A stretch of 64,000 nucleotides of DNA from Anolis carolinensis. Lineage: Eukaryota. Below are positions 34,849 through 49,500 of the stretch, one piece after another (position 1 is the stretch's first letter; every line of letters begins with the position of its first letter). Location: NCBI RefSeq assembly GCF_035594765.1, contig NW_026943821.1, forward strand, positions 22,005,791 to 22,069,790, written 5' to 3'. Both the position numbers and the translations under genes were made by a program. The notes under the pieces were generated by a model, which worked only from the letters and a program-made list of their open reading frames with translations, made no database searches and had not been told where the DNA came from.

Positions 34849-37800
34849 CAGGAAAATAATACATGTAATAATAAATAGAGTAAAATAATAAATGCAATAA
34901 TAATAAGATTAGAGTGAAATAATAAATGTAATAATAATAATAATAATAAAATAATAATAATAATAATAATAATAGAGTAAAATAAATGTAATAGTAGCAA
35001 CAATAATAGAGAAAAATAATAAATGTACCATATATTCTCGAGTATAAGCTGACCCAAATATAAGCCAACCAGGACCCTCACCCGGGTATAAGCCGGGGGA
35101 GGGGGGGGTTTCAGTCCTAAAAAAGGGCTGAAAAACTAGGCTTATACTCAAGTATATACAGTATTTCCTTTAAGTGAAATTTCTGCAGCGTTTGTAGAAA
35201 CACCTTGCACTCTATTGAGTACTTACGGCTGCCATCAATGACTGTAGAGGTGGTTGGAAGCGAAATCTCCAGGAACTGGGGGGACACAATGGCCACGGGG
35301 GGCTGGTTTACTCGAGGTTCTGCAATAATAAAAGGATTGTGATATTCATTAAAGCAGTCTCTTTTCCAGTTTAAAGTGTTTAGCCCTGAACTGATCATCC
35401 CAATTTGAGTATATCTACTAAATCAGTTTGTTCTTCCTCCAAAGGTCTACCCCAAATCCCGGAATTCTTCACTCTTATTATGATGGCTAGGGCACCGGAA
35501 GACCATGGATTAAGAACCATCGATGTGATACTTCATGGTATGATTTTGGTGAAAAGAATTCACTTCAATAAGATTAATTTCCTGTTTCCATGGTATGTTT
35601 AGGAACGGATACAGGGGACATAGTGTGTTATGACATTAGGACTACCAATACACCTAACCAGTACATATACATCCCCCATGTATACAACTAAATCCTAGTC
35701 CACAAAAAGTTAATACCATGATACATTTTCTGACTTCAAGGTGTACAAGGTAGTTTTGTGGTTCCTTTTACTCCAATGTGGCCCAAAACAACAGCTCCTC
35801 TGCCAGGTCAATAGTAGCTGAGACATTTGGTAATGAATCAGAAAACCCACGGATCAGCTCGTAGCTCACAAAATGGCCTTAAGAAACTAGGCTCTTTGAC
35901 TACTGCACACCAACATCTGCAATGCGAGACATTACTGCTATATTTTCCTGGTTTATTGTACATGAAGGAACACAAAGCTTTTTGAAATGCTACGTAATGG
36001 GTACATATTTTCCAAGGCTCATGTCTCAAATTTATTTTGGACATTAGCTGTAATGAGATGGCCTTAGTCAAGGCTTTTCTCATCTTTACCTCCATCACCT
36101 ATTTGTATATGGGCACAATATACTTTGCAGGACTACTGTAAGCATTACAGGGAGCTACTGATTATTTCGTTGCTTACAAAGCAGGCACTTGCTATGGGGC
36201 TCCTTCCTTTAGATGCCTTAGAATGGAGCCTGGATGATTGCTTATACATTCAAAGCCCCGCTTGCAGCATCTAGTGGCCTTTGGGGGGAATACTTTGCTC
36301 AGGAATAAAAAATACGTGTTACTATCATCTTACATAACCACCACCAACTCCCATCTCTCTGGGATCAGTGGGGAACGGAGGCCCATGGTGGGTGCTTCCC
36401 ACTTCGTCACACTGAGGAGGGAGCCAGCTTCTTTTCTACTGCTCTTGAGACAAAGACATAGAGGGTTGTTGTATGTTTTCCAGGCTGTATGGCCATGTTC
36501 CAGAAATATTCTCTCCTGACGTTTTGCCCACATCTATGGCCTCACAACCTCTGAGGATGCTTGCCATAGATGTGGGCGAAATGTCAGGAAAGAATACTTC
36601 TGGAACATGGCCATACAGCCCGGAAAACATACAACAACCCTGTGATCCCAGCCATGAAAGCCTTCGACAACACAAAGACATAGAGAAACAGATTCAAACA
36701 AGAGGAAAAGAGATTCCACCTAAATGCCCTATGAGTAGTATCTTAAAGAACTGGGTCTGTTTAGCCTTCAGAAGAGAAGGTCGAGAGGAGATGTGATAGC
36801 CATATATAAATATGTGAAAGAATGCTATAAGGAAGATGAAGCAGGCCTGTTTTCTGCTGCCCTGGAAACCAGAACTCGGAGCAATGGGTTCAAATTACAG
36901 GAAAGGAGATTCCACCTGAACATTAGGAAGAACTTCCTGACTGTAAGAGCTGTTCAACAGTGGAACTCTCTGCCTTGGTGTGTGGTGGAAGATCCTTCCT
37001 TGGAAGCTTTTAAACAGAGGCTGGATGGCCATCTGTCAGGGGTATTTTGATTGTGGAATGTGGTAGAGTCTCCTTCTCTGGAGATTTTGAAACAGTCTGA
37101 ATGGCCATCAGTCACATGTTTGGACTGTATATTTTCATATGGCAGAATGGGGTTGGAGTAGATAACCCTTGGGGATCTCTTCCAACTGTAGGATTTGTAG
37201 TGCACTGACTGTTATAACCTAGCGGCTGCATTCCCTCCCCTTCTGATTGTTAAATCAAAACAATGAGAAGAAATTCTGGTTATTTCTGACCAATTCTCTT
37301 TGTATGATGGGGTTGTAAGCAACTGCTATTCCTGGAGGCTTTGCAGGATTTTCCTTTCTACCTGTAGTTTTGGGAAGGGCTTCTGAGAGGGTCACAAAAA
37401 GAAACCACTGAGCATCACATGGCGTTTGTCCCAAGTTCTTTAATGGACAGCACCTGGCACCCAGGGTATTCCATTAAAAGACAGATGCATACACGGCTTC
37501 ATTTTGAGGAGAGCTATTTTGCAAGGAATCTTGTACAAGTAATAAGACGGATGGTAGCAAGAACTAAAGAACAGACAAGTTGAGAGTAAAGTTGTTAATT
37601 TGTGATGCTTTACATCAATACATGCAGAAATTAATTGTGAACTGCATTTTAACCAATGGTCTATTAGTCAACTTGAGACAAGATACTTCAAAAGCTCTTT
37701 GAAAACACCGGATTCAAGCCAGATTCTAGCATACAGCTCCCTCCCTCTCTTTCTCTCTCTCAGAGCAACACATCTCTGTAATGACTCACTGCCCTGTTAC

Positions 37801-38783
37801 AATCAGTCAGTGCCATGTTCCTTTGACAAATGAGATCTAACCTTTCCTCACAAGATTTCATTCTTCTCCTTCCGAGAGACAAATGATCACAGCTGGAGAC
37901 AGGTTATAACTTTTTCAGAGAGGCAGAAAATGGAGTCTGCTTTTCTGTTTGCCACCCGAAATGGGTCATCAGTCTTTGGCAAGCGCAACGAGAAGACACC
38001 AAGGCTTCTTGCCTGGCTTAGAGCAGGAAAAATGGCCAAGATCGTACTGTAATTGCTCAAAGCTTGGGAAATCTCTGAGCAAGATGGAACAGATTCCTGC
38101 TTTCTAGCCAGCCGAGGTGGAAGATTGGTAACTTGTTTTGGACATGGCTGGCTACTGGGTCATGAATATCTTGCCTGGCACCTCTCTTTCCATCTCTGGA
38201 GGAAAAGATTATGGCTGAATGCTGTGTGGCAAGTGGCCCTGGGTGCCCAAGCTCCCTGACTGGCCAGTGCAGAAAAAGGAAGGAAGGAAGGAAGGAAGGA
38301 AGGAAGGAAGGAAGGAAGGAAGGAAGGAAGGAAGGAAGGAAGGAAGGAAGGAAAAAAGACCTTAAATCAAGCTTAAGTCTTCCACAGTTCAAAATCATAA
38401 AGAATCCCTGGCTACTCCCTTCTGCGCAGAAGAAATAATAATAGTAATAATAACAACAACAACAACAACAAACAACAGGAAAAGCTGACACGATATGAGG
38501 ATTTAAAGATCGAATTGCAAAGACTCTGGAACAAGCCAGTCAAGGTGGTCCCAGTGGCGATCGGCACACTGGGTGCAGTGCCTAAAGACCTTGGCTTGCA
38601 CTTAAACACAATCGGTGCTGACAAAGTTACCACCTGCCAGCTGCAGAAGGCCACCTTACTGGGATCTGCACACATTATTCGCCGATACATCACATAGTCC
38701 TAGACACTTGGGAAGTGTCCGATGTGTGATCCAATACAACAGCCAGCAGAGTGTCTGCTGTGGACTCATATTGTTGTGTTACA

Positions 38784-38816
<33 letters not shown>

Positions 38817-40492
38817 TTATTTTTCTATCCCACCTCAATCTCTCTGAGAGGACTCGGGGCAGTTAACATGAGGCCAAGCCCAAAAAACAAAATATGAACA
38901 AAATTAAAAACATAAGAAGACAATATCAACAAGCCAAATAAGATAAGACAGATTAAAACACAAGAATACAGTATAACACAATAACAGTAAAGTAAAACAG
39001 TAAAATGATATAAAGCAATTAGAACTGTTATTGAATTCATGAGAAATTTAAAAAGCCCCAGGACAGATGGTTTTCCTGTTGAAGGGTATGAAACATATCC
39101 AGAGCTATTTGTTCCAGGACTTTTCTGTTTGCACCAAGCATTTTTTCTTAGTCCAGCTCACTTGCAACCTGTTTTTAAGACGCTTTCATCTCTTTTATTC
39201 TGAAGACAGGAAAAGTATAATACTAGTTATCCAAAATCAAGGACTTAGGCTACAATTCTGTGCACATTTGTCTGAGAGTACACCCAGATAAACACAGATG
39301 GATTTCCTTTGGGATAAACACGCATGCGATGGAGGTGAAAGGGAGTGGCTCGGTTCTAGAAAGTGGGAATTTCAGTTTGGCTACAAATGCCAGTCAAAAA
39401 AGGGAGACCGTTAATATTTTTCAAGTTTTTAGGTGTTCCAAGCCCCACTTAACAAGAAATGAATATATGCCATGGGAAATCAATGTATCTAGTGTATGAC
39501 CTTAAAAATGTTCATTGCATGAGCATCACAGAATTAGCACCAGTTTTTAATGCAGGTAAAATGAGAGGATAATTAAAACATGAACCTCACATATAAAAAA
39601 GTCTGTTTCCCAACCAGTTAAATATTTCAGATTGAATCCAGGGCAAAAATAATGTAGGAATTGATGGGACATAATAAAATGACACTGCTTACCTGGCTTA
39701 ACTGTCACGTTGACCATTCCTTCTCCATGTGCATTGTCACCATCGACGATCACGTTGAATTCGTACAAGCCAACGGTGAGCTGGCAAAGAAAAACACAAC
39801 ATATAAGCAAAGCTCCAGCTACCTGCCAAAAATGGTTAGTCTCTAAGACCAAAGTGGTGCTCCCAGGAAGCAGTGAAACTATATCAAATTTTGAGGCTCA
39901 AATTATGTCATTTATCCAAATGAGGATCACATATCCTATTAGGACAGGAATATTCTGTGTCACCTCAGCTTGGTCCTGAAGGTAAGGACCTGTGAGTCAT
40001 TAAGCCATTAAAACAGAAAAATGCCTAAGACAACAGCAAGCAGTAGAATGACATTTGGCGTCACCTGTCTTAGTAGGGATCTACATGCGGTATTTGTTGC
40101 CACCTCCCATCCAAGTACAAACCAGGATAGAATTTGCTTAGAACCCGCTTGAGGAGCCACAAAATACCATTACTAAACAAGAATACCTGGAGAGGGAGTG
40201 TGTTTGTAAACACCAACAGAACACCTTTCCCTTACCATCCAGGAGGTAAGATCTTCCCCTACCACAGAGTGAATAACAGCACAGGTGTTATAAACAGAGG
40301 GATATAAATACAAATACTAATAATAGGAATTATCCTGGCTCTTCTTTCTGATATAGAACAGAGGAAGGAGAAGAAAAAGCCAGGTGAAAGTGGGAAAGAA
40401 GAATGGACAAAGGGATTTAGCACTGATTGCTGTCTTCTTCCATGCAGTTTTTAAAATCTGCTTTCCAGACAAACCTCTCTCATTCTTGAAAA

Positions 40493-40541
<49 letters not shown>

Positions 40542-43500
40542 TCACCACATTTTTTGGCTTTCTTGTGCTGGTTAGGCCTAGGAGAGGCAAATTTTTTTAA
40601 CATGTCACTTTACATTCCTGGTTTTAAAAATCCCCTTCTGTGCTTAAAATGCCACAAAATGGGGTTAATTCCCGCCCCCCAAGATACTTAGAGGGGTCAA
40701 ACAAGCTTTAAAAATGAAAAGAGTGACCCACAAAAGGTATTGGGGCCATGTATGACCTTCTGCCCACACTTTGCTTATTCCTAAGCAGGGAAGTGTATAA
40801 GAAAAGAGAACTGAGAACAATTGAAAGACCCTGGGAAGAAATTGTTCCCTGGCTAACTAATCAGACCCACATTATTCCCAAGAACGAAAAGGAAGAAAGT
40901 TTTGCAGCTGTAATAAAGAACTAAGGCACGTCAGCTTTTTCGAAGAGATCTATTCTAGGTTTTCCTGGCTGCCTAATTTAGCTGCTGTACTTCGACCTCC
41001 TGCCCTGAGAAGTCTTGATGGCCCAGATAAAAAAAAAGATATTTTCATTCCTGCCCTGTTGAAGGATGGGTTGGTTGAAGGCGGCTTCCATAGCATTTGA
41101 AACAGTACTGAAAAGCCAAGCAAAATGTCGAATGTAGAGCTTTCAGATGACTAGATAATTCACAATGGTTACCATTAAAAGGTTCTATATAAATGGACTA
41201 TATAAATGGCGCCAGTTCTTCTGCTTGTTTGAAGGGAAACAAAAGAATTCAGTGACAGGATATCTGCTTTGCACACAAAAAGCCACAGTCAGGTTCAACC
41301 ACTGATGTCTCTATTTAAAAAGGGAAGCAGCAAGGATGAGAAAAGGCTCTGGCGAAGACCTTGGACAACGGCTGTCAACCAGAGTAGATAATAATATGGA
41401 ATCAGATGGGCTCAGAGTCTGGAAATAAAAAGCCTATAAAGAACGACTCTCTGCTACAGTTACATCCTCTAACCTAAACCTTGGACAATTGCAATGACAG
41501 CTCTCTTAGAACTGGAAGAAACCTAAAAGACCTAAAAGGAAAATTGGATCAGAATCTGAGCCTAAAAGAATACGAATAAGGGAACGCGTTACCTTGGATA
41601 ACTTGAGGATCTGGGAGTGCTGGCCCTCCATCTCCCCGCTATAGTCCGTGGGGTGCGTGATCAGCCTCCAGTCATAGGAATAGCTGGTTCCTAAAAGGAA
41701 GAACATCTAAAGTGAGGAGCGACTGTCACCCAAAGTCACAAAGCGGAAAACCAAAGCTCAGCAATTTCCAATTCTCAGATTAAGGTAGAAGTGAGCAGGC
41801 ACTGAAGGCCTCCATAAAAATACAAAACTTTGGCTCTACCCAGCCTTATTGCAGAAATAATTTCCAGTCATTTACGGACTGTTTTTCCCACTGTTCTTTG
41901 CTGTGGCAAAACTGGGTTTTGTGCCAAGAGAATTAAGTAAATACTACCATATTTCTTCTATTTTAAGATACACACTAAATTCAATACCAACAGTTTTTGT
42001 AAAGCTTCATTTATACATGTAAAAAAGCAGCCACGACTCTAAGATGCAGCCAGTTTACGGATGTGTTTATAAGGGGGAAAGTGCATATTAGAATCAAGGA
42101 AATGTAGTATTAAGATGCCCTGCAGATTATTTTCCCATAAGGAGCATGTTTTGGGGTTTTTTTGTCTAAAAGGAACCAGGGGTTTCCAGAGAATGTCAAG
42201 AGCCACATGAATGATGCCATTCTTTTGAGCATTGTTCGTGTCTCTTTGGAGATCTTTACATTGAAACTGGATGGGCATCTTTTAGGAGTTCTGCCATGCA
42301 GAACTGCGTATTTCTGCATGGCAGAATGGGGTTGGACTAGATGGTACCCGTGGTCCCTTCCAACTCTAAAGAATCTATCATACTAAAACCGGGCAATGCA
42401 CAATCCCAATCCCTGTCTTCAAAATCCACTCCAAATTTTAAAATGGGCTCCAATCTCTATCTAAAACATTTTGGTGGAAATCTACCAAACAGATGAAACT
42501 GAAAGATAATTTAAGTGTACTGAAATTTGGAAATAAACATGGAAATAATTTCATGCTTCTTTGTGAGACAAGCATTACATTATAATAAGCCTGCGTTGCA
42601 CCAAATCCTGGGAAACTACAACACGACAAAACTAATTAAATCAGAATTAGGGAGACTTTCAGAACTGTTAAAAGGCTTCTTTCAGAACAAAACTGAAACA
42701 GATTTGTAAAATAAGACACTAACTTCTACTGTTTATTTAAAATGCTGTAAAAAGCAATTTGCCGTTGAGTTTTATCAATTATATTTTCCATTTGCAGTGG
42801 AAGCCATTGTAAGCCAAGTGAAAGTAATAAAAAGAACCATTTGTTTTGAAACAATATTGATGGTATTCTAAGTATTTGTACTTTATTGCATCATTTCTAT
42901 GGTTATGCAAGCAACTTGGAAAGAGACTTGCCCAGGGGCTTATCAGATATCTACATTTTGGGGGAACCCCAATCTCACACAAAGTGAAAGTTCATAAGTG
43001 ATGGCAATGGCTTAAATTGGTCTTCTAATCCCACTTAAAGTAGATTCATCATCAGGTATGGACGGCCATCTGTCAGAAATGTTTTGATTGTGATTTTGCA
43101 TGGAACGGGGTTGGACTAGATGGCTCTTGTGGTCTCTTCCAACTCTATAATTCTATGATTCTACATAAATACATACATAAATCTAATAGAACCAATAGGT
43201 TCACTTCAATTGAAACTATAGCCATTGTGCTTAGAAGAGGCTGATACTTCTGGCAGGTCAAGATAAAGATATTTCATCTGTCCTGGTCCTTTGACTCAAA
43301 GCAAATCTGACTGAGAGCTACCATGGTATTAAATGGATGTGTATCTATCTATCAGACATCTGTTGCTACTGTAGTCATCATGTGCCTTCAAGACAACTTA
43401 GATGTATGACGACCCTAAGGGTCTGCTGGCAAGATTTATTCAGAAGACGTTTGCAATTGCTCTCCTCTAAAGCTGACAGAGCAGGACTTGCCCAAGATCA

Positions 43501-46500
43501 CCTCAGTGGGTTTCCATAATTGAACAGGGATTCAAATCTGGGTCTTCCAGAATTCTGCTCCAATGCTTAGGTTACAAAACCACGCTGACTCTCAACAGAT
43601 CTCTACGAGGTTAAATTCAAGTTTGCTACCACATACGCATTTTAAAACAGCCCTTGTCCTTACCTTTAGGAGGTGGAGGCAAGACATATGCATTCAGCTC
43701 CACTTCATTCTTTGGCAGAGTTACCTGGACACTGTCTCCAGCAGAAACTGCCAGTTTCTTAATCACTGTGATAGAGTGTAAAAATAAAAGGTCAGAATAG
43801 CATTAAGAAGAATTCTCACATTTTCTATTTTTATATTAGGACACATGTTCACCTTGTTCACATGCAACACTAAAACCATTGTTAGGTTTATGTACACAAG
43901 CTGCAGCACTACCTGTGGCATTGCTTAAAGAAGGTGCAAAATTCTTGCTTTGAAACTAACCAGAGTTTCTCATTACTTATGAACAGGGGAACTCTAATTA
44001 GTTTTAAATGTGGTTTAATTCACGCTTGTCTGAACAAATTCGAGTCGAATCGGTTGTGACAATAACAAGAAATTCTTACGTTTAAAACAGAAAGTTTATG
44101 GTATTGTTTTAGCCACAGTGGAAAGTGAGAAATGGTGGAAGGAGCATCGGAGTCTCAGATCTTTGCCACTCCTGGGGCGCACAGTGCTCAGTGATGATTG
44201 AAAACTACATCCAAAATAGCCACTGCGTAAATCAGTCATTCCCAAAGTGGAACCACTGGCGTAAATGGATCATGTACTTTTAAAGGTTTAATACGGTGAA
44301 GACTTTGGATATTGAAATGCCAACTGGGGAAGGGAAGCAATCTGCATTTGACAATCCCGCATAAAAAATTATAGATTCATTTCTCATCTCAAAACTGAGC
44401 TCACAAAAGAGCCTTTGAAAATAACACACTCCAAGCAATAGATCTGTAAAATTGCACACTTTCCATGCAAGAGACATTTCATATTTAAAACTCAAGGGCC
44501 TTGGCCTTACTGGTATCTGATCCAATTAGATCCGAGTGTTGAATAGGGAATTACCACATATGTAAACCTCAATGATCCAGTGGGTTTATTTTAGCTGGGA
44601 ATTCAGGGCAAGGTGAATATAAACTCTGCAATTTTCTGAGAGATCAAACACAGGCATTATACTCTTTACTGAGAGGTCTTTCAGTCAGATGCAACAGGGA
44701 TAAAAAAGCATAATCAGATATATTTCAGGAGACAATCCGGCTTTCCTTTTGCAGAGACAAGAGCCTCTATTTATTCAGACTTAGATTTCTACTATCAAAC
44801 CAAGAATTTGCAGCATTCTGAGCTGAAGAAAGAGAAAAGTGTTTTAAAGATCTGAGCAGTTATGCAGAGCCATAAAACCTAACCCACTGATACTGTCTGC
44901 ATGGTATGCTATCACTGAATTTGATCTCTAAGTCTTGTTCCAATTTAAGAAATGGTGCCGTTTCATAGAAACAGATCAACCATGCAACAAAGTTGAGCTG
45001 ACATTCCTGCTTCGACATCAAGAGATGACAGAACAGCAAACAGCTTCAAAAGCACTCATTCATTTTAAAAGAAGAAAGAGAAGGAAAAATTGAAAAGTAA
45101 AAAAGAAATACAGTCGGGCTTCCACATCTACAGCTTTTACTTTTCTGGATCTGTTTATCCACATATTTAATTAATGTGTTATCTCTAGGTCCTTCAGTAC
45201 CATTCTATGGTCAACTTAAATAGATCATGGTAAACTTTCAAGATGTAGACATTCCTAGAGTGATGTTCTTTTGGGTTAAAAAAGTCGTGGCTTCTAAATT
45301 GGCCATTTTTCCACATTTGTGGGAATCCCATGCTCCTAACCCTCACAAAAATGGAGGGCCTACTGTACATAAAAGCAGATCTTACATTGAAGGATGTATT
45401 ATAGACAGTTGAGTATAATCTGAATGCTTCTATGATTGCCATCAGTGCTTGGCAATGACTGCATACAAGGAAACAACCCAGAGATCTTCACTGCTTAGCC
45501 AAGGGATGTCCTTCAGAATAAAGCAACTGAATAAAGATCAGAATGATCTCTTTCACGATGTTGCACAACAGAATCAAGGGGTTTCTTCAGCTTCTAAGCA
45601 GAGATAACAAGATTTGCAATCTTAAATAAGCGACAAAAGAAACCTGTGACAAAGCTCTCTCTTAGCAATTGAACAACCAACTTAAGAGCTAAGATGGTGA
45701 AAATCTTTCAAAAGAGCTTAAAGGAACTTCCTGCTCCCTCTTCTGCTAAGGGTCGCTCTTACCTGGCGTTGGTACAGCAGTGCTGGGCAAAACAGGAGGG
45801 TTGACTGGGACAGCTGTCACGTTCTGGTTCATGGGGAGGCCAGTTGGAACAAAAGTCATGGGCTGTGCCTTCCCAGCATCCTCCTTTGCCTGAGAATTAC
45901 TGGAAGTTGGAAGGGCCTCCAACACAGACGGCTGGACGGAAGTGTTGCTGTAGGGCTTTACATGTTCAGGGTTCCCGACTGGGATGGCTGATGGAGCTGC
46001 TGGAGAGGGTCCTGGCGTGGGCTCTTCTTCAGGGGCCTAGGATTGGTAAAGAAGAGGAGAGGCAGTAATTGCTGCCCTTAGAATTGAACTCATAAACCAG
46101 AAAACGATTAAGATTCCTTCAGCAATCTTGTTGAATGGCCTCAGCAGGGATTTCATCGAATTTATGGCATAGCCTAAACATCTAATTCATCAAATGGTAG
46201 AACTATACCTAGATTGGACCATTAGCTCTTCTCTAGGAACACAGTTTCTAACAATACAGGATACTTAGCACTGGGAATCCTACAAATGGTACTTTAAATT
46301 TTTTAAAGCTGTGGAGCTGGTTTTGGGGTAAATTCCCCCAAAACTACCTATAAAGTCAACAGCTTGAGTCACAAACCTCTCAACTCCCCAAAGAAAGAAG
46401 GGAGAAGGAAAAGGAGGAAGGAGAAAGGGGAAATGGAGGTTGGAGATTGTCATCATATCACCTTAGATACACTAAACATACTGCTACACCCCACCAGGTG

Positions 46501-49500
46501 AGCACAAGGAGGAAAAACGGTCCCTGCCCTTTTTGTAGTTGCCCACCCCTACTATACAAGACACCAAAAGCTATATTCTCACTGTTACTCAAATGCTGCA
46601 AATTCTGCATGTAAACAACATTTTTGCCATTACAGTCAAGAACTTAGGTGGGCGGTTCCTTTAGTCCCTCCAAATACCATCCTTTCGGAGTGCCGTGAGA
46701 AACTGTTCAAGCCAGTATAAGCCACTCCAGGGAGCAGATGAAACCCATTTCCTTTCTTTCCTCAGAGCATTCCTTCCCGGTGCCCGCCCCATTCCTCCTA
46801 GAAGCCTGGGGCAGCAGAATCCGGACATTTCGGCTTTAACTGGGCTTATGTGTATCTGCAGCATATTTTCTAAAGTTGATCTCCTTTGCACTGAATCAAC
46901 TGGGCAATTAAACTGCAGCTCAAAGAAGTACTATCAAGCTAATACTGGTTTTCATGTGAAAACTGCAACACAGAGTTTTGTGGCAGACTGAAGGCCAAAA
47001 CTTCAAAAGGTCATGTTGAAGGCAATTAACGCATGATTTGTGTTACTGGGAGGCAAGGATGTCAGCACTTACAGCTCAGGGTTATATTGCTTTATTCAAG
47101 CTGAGAACATGGTAGCAAGTGAGACTGTTCTTTGCAAAAAGATGGAAGAATTCAACACTATCTTCTATAGAGGACACAGACAGATTTAGCAAAAATGAAG
47201 AAATTTGATTTCTTCAGTTTGATTAGACAAAGGTCATTGGCCACATTTCCAAAAGACTACAAACCACTTATAGATATTTTTTGCAAAAAATATTGTTAAA
47301 TTTTGGTTTTGATGGTTAGAAAGAAAAGTTCTTGAAAGAAGGGAATATTCTGTCATTTTGGAAACATGAAGAATAATATCCTTTCATCGAAAGGAAGATT
47401 GGAAGTCACTCCTTTCTCTTCTTTTTCTTTTTTGCTTTTTGTTCATCACGTTCCAACTTTTATCTTATTGCTCTGAAGGGTTTTTTTCCCTTACTGAACC
47501 TTTTTAATTCTTAATTTTTGAAAAAATATACAATTTAATAAAAAAACAGAACTCTTCATGTAAAGGACATCTGATAGCAGGGCTCAAAAGATGACTCTGG
47601 TCCTGATCTGCCACCCACTGGAATGTAAGAAGGCAGCAAAGTAGATCTTTGGTTCAAGATTAGAAAGTAAAAAGGAAATTTGCCTTGATAGTTTACAAAT
47701 GTTGGTGACAGTTCTGATTACCTGGTTCAATATAAGAATTTTACCCCCCGTTTGTCAGATTCAGCTGTATGAATCAAGGCTCTGGAAAAAATATATTGGG
47801 AGACAGACAACCTGCATCAAAATACTAATTAAGAAAGATCCTTTAAAGCTTATTTTGAAGCAAGGGGGAGTGTGCTCATCCCTAAATGTAGGAGCACATG
47901 CACACATACATTTGCCTTCAAGTTACCTATTAGCTGACAGTGAGCTAATCAGTGATCAGGAGCCCCCAGATGGCGTAGTGGACTAAGTAACTTGAAGGTT
48001 GGGTTGCTGACCTGAAAGCTGCCAGGTTCGAATCCCACCTGGGGAGAGTGTGGATGAGCTCCCTCTGTCAGCTCCAGCTCCATGCGGGGACATGAGAGAA
48101 GCCTCCCACAAGGATGGTAAAAACATCAAAACATCCGGGCGTCCCCTGGGCAACGTCCTTGCAGGCGGCCAATTCTCTCACTCCAAAAGCAACTCCGGTT
48201 GCTCCTGACACGAAAAAAAAAAGCTTACAGTGGTCCCATGAATTTCACAGAGCTGGGCAAGGAATCCTTAGAGGTGGTTTGCCATTGCCGTCCTATGAAA
48301 TACAGACTAACTAGGCCTGATTCTATTTAGCTTCCAAGACCAGATCAGATTTTGTGATTTCAAAACATTTAGCTCTCAAACAGAGGCATGAACATATCTG
48401 CCATGGACAATGAAGAATTCTGAATAAACTTTTGTTACAAGAAACTTCATCTTTCCATTTCACAAAATGCAAGGTGTTGTTGCTTCTAAAATTTTAATTT
48501 CTCAGCACATCCAATGACACAGCCTTTAGTGTCACTTAGGATGACGTTGGGACAGAGGCCACTTTCCAACAGGCGAAACCTGAACTTTGATCACTGCATA
48601 AAAGTGACAGGGATTTAAATGAAGATAACCATAAACTGAGTCAAACACTGATAACGGTAACAGGCATTTCAGCCACTTCACAAGAGAAACAGCGAGGCAA
48701 GCAATGCTGGACAGGAACAAATTCCAAAATCTATATATAAGCTAATACCTTTATTAGACTGACTCAAAGGGCACACCATGTGTGCAAACATGAAAGCTCT
48801 TTGGATTGTCAGGCAAGATGTTACAAAAAGCTGGTGAGGAGGAGAAGAAAGGTTGGTTCTTAGAGTCCTACTGTCTGCACAGCTTATTGAAGTGTAACAG
48901 GAGAACAAGTAGTTACAGACATTTTCATTTTCAGCTGAAAACAGGGGACTCTAATCCATTGTGGCACCATGAGCGCAAAATCTGGCTCCTGTAACCACTC
49001 CAACTGCCTACGCTGCTTTGTCTAATATGACGGCATTCAGTTTCACTTGGAGTAGCTCCGAATCACACTGGCAACAGAAAAAGGAGCTGCTTGTTCTTCC
49101 AGTTTTGAAAATACAAAATCCCACTGTCAATGTACCCAGCCACACAGCCTGAGGACAGGTCTCAGGTTCCTCCATCAAAAAGAAAGAGAGAGCCACTTGG
49201 CATGCTTTACAATGAAGGGAACGAAAATAATTTTGGTTGTCAAAGCCATCAGGCTAAACCACGCCTAGGAGTGTTTTGCTACTTCTCATGGCTAGAGCAA
49301 ACATAAACTTAGAGAATAACAGAGGTGGTAGAAAATCTTCCTTCAACGTACAATCCCTACCATTCAACAATTTGATTCAAGGTTCTCCAAATCATAGGAC
49401 TGGTCAGAAGGGAAATTGTAAGATTGATTCTAGGGTAAATCATTTTACAATAAAAGGTTGAGCATCCCTAATTCAGAATTCAGAAACTTCAAAATTGTCC

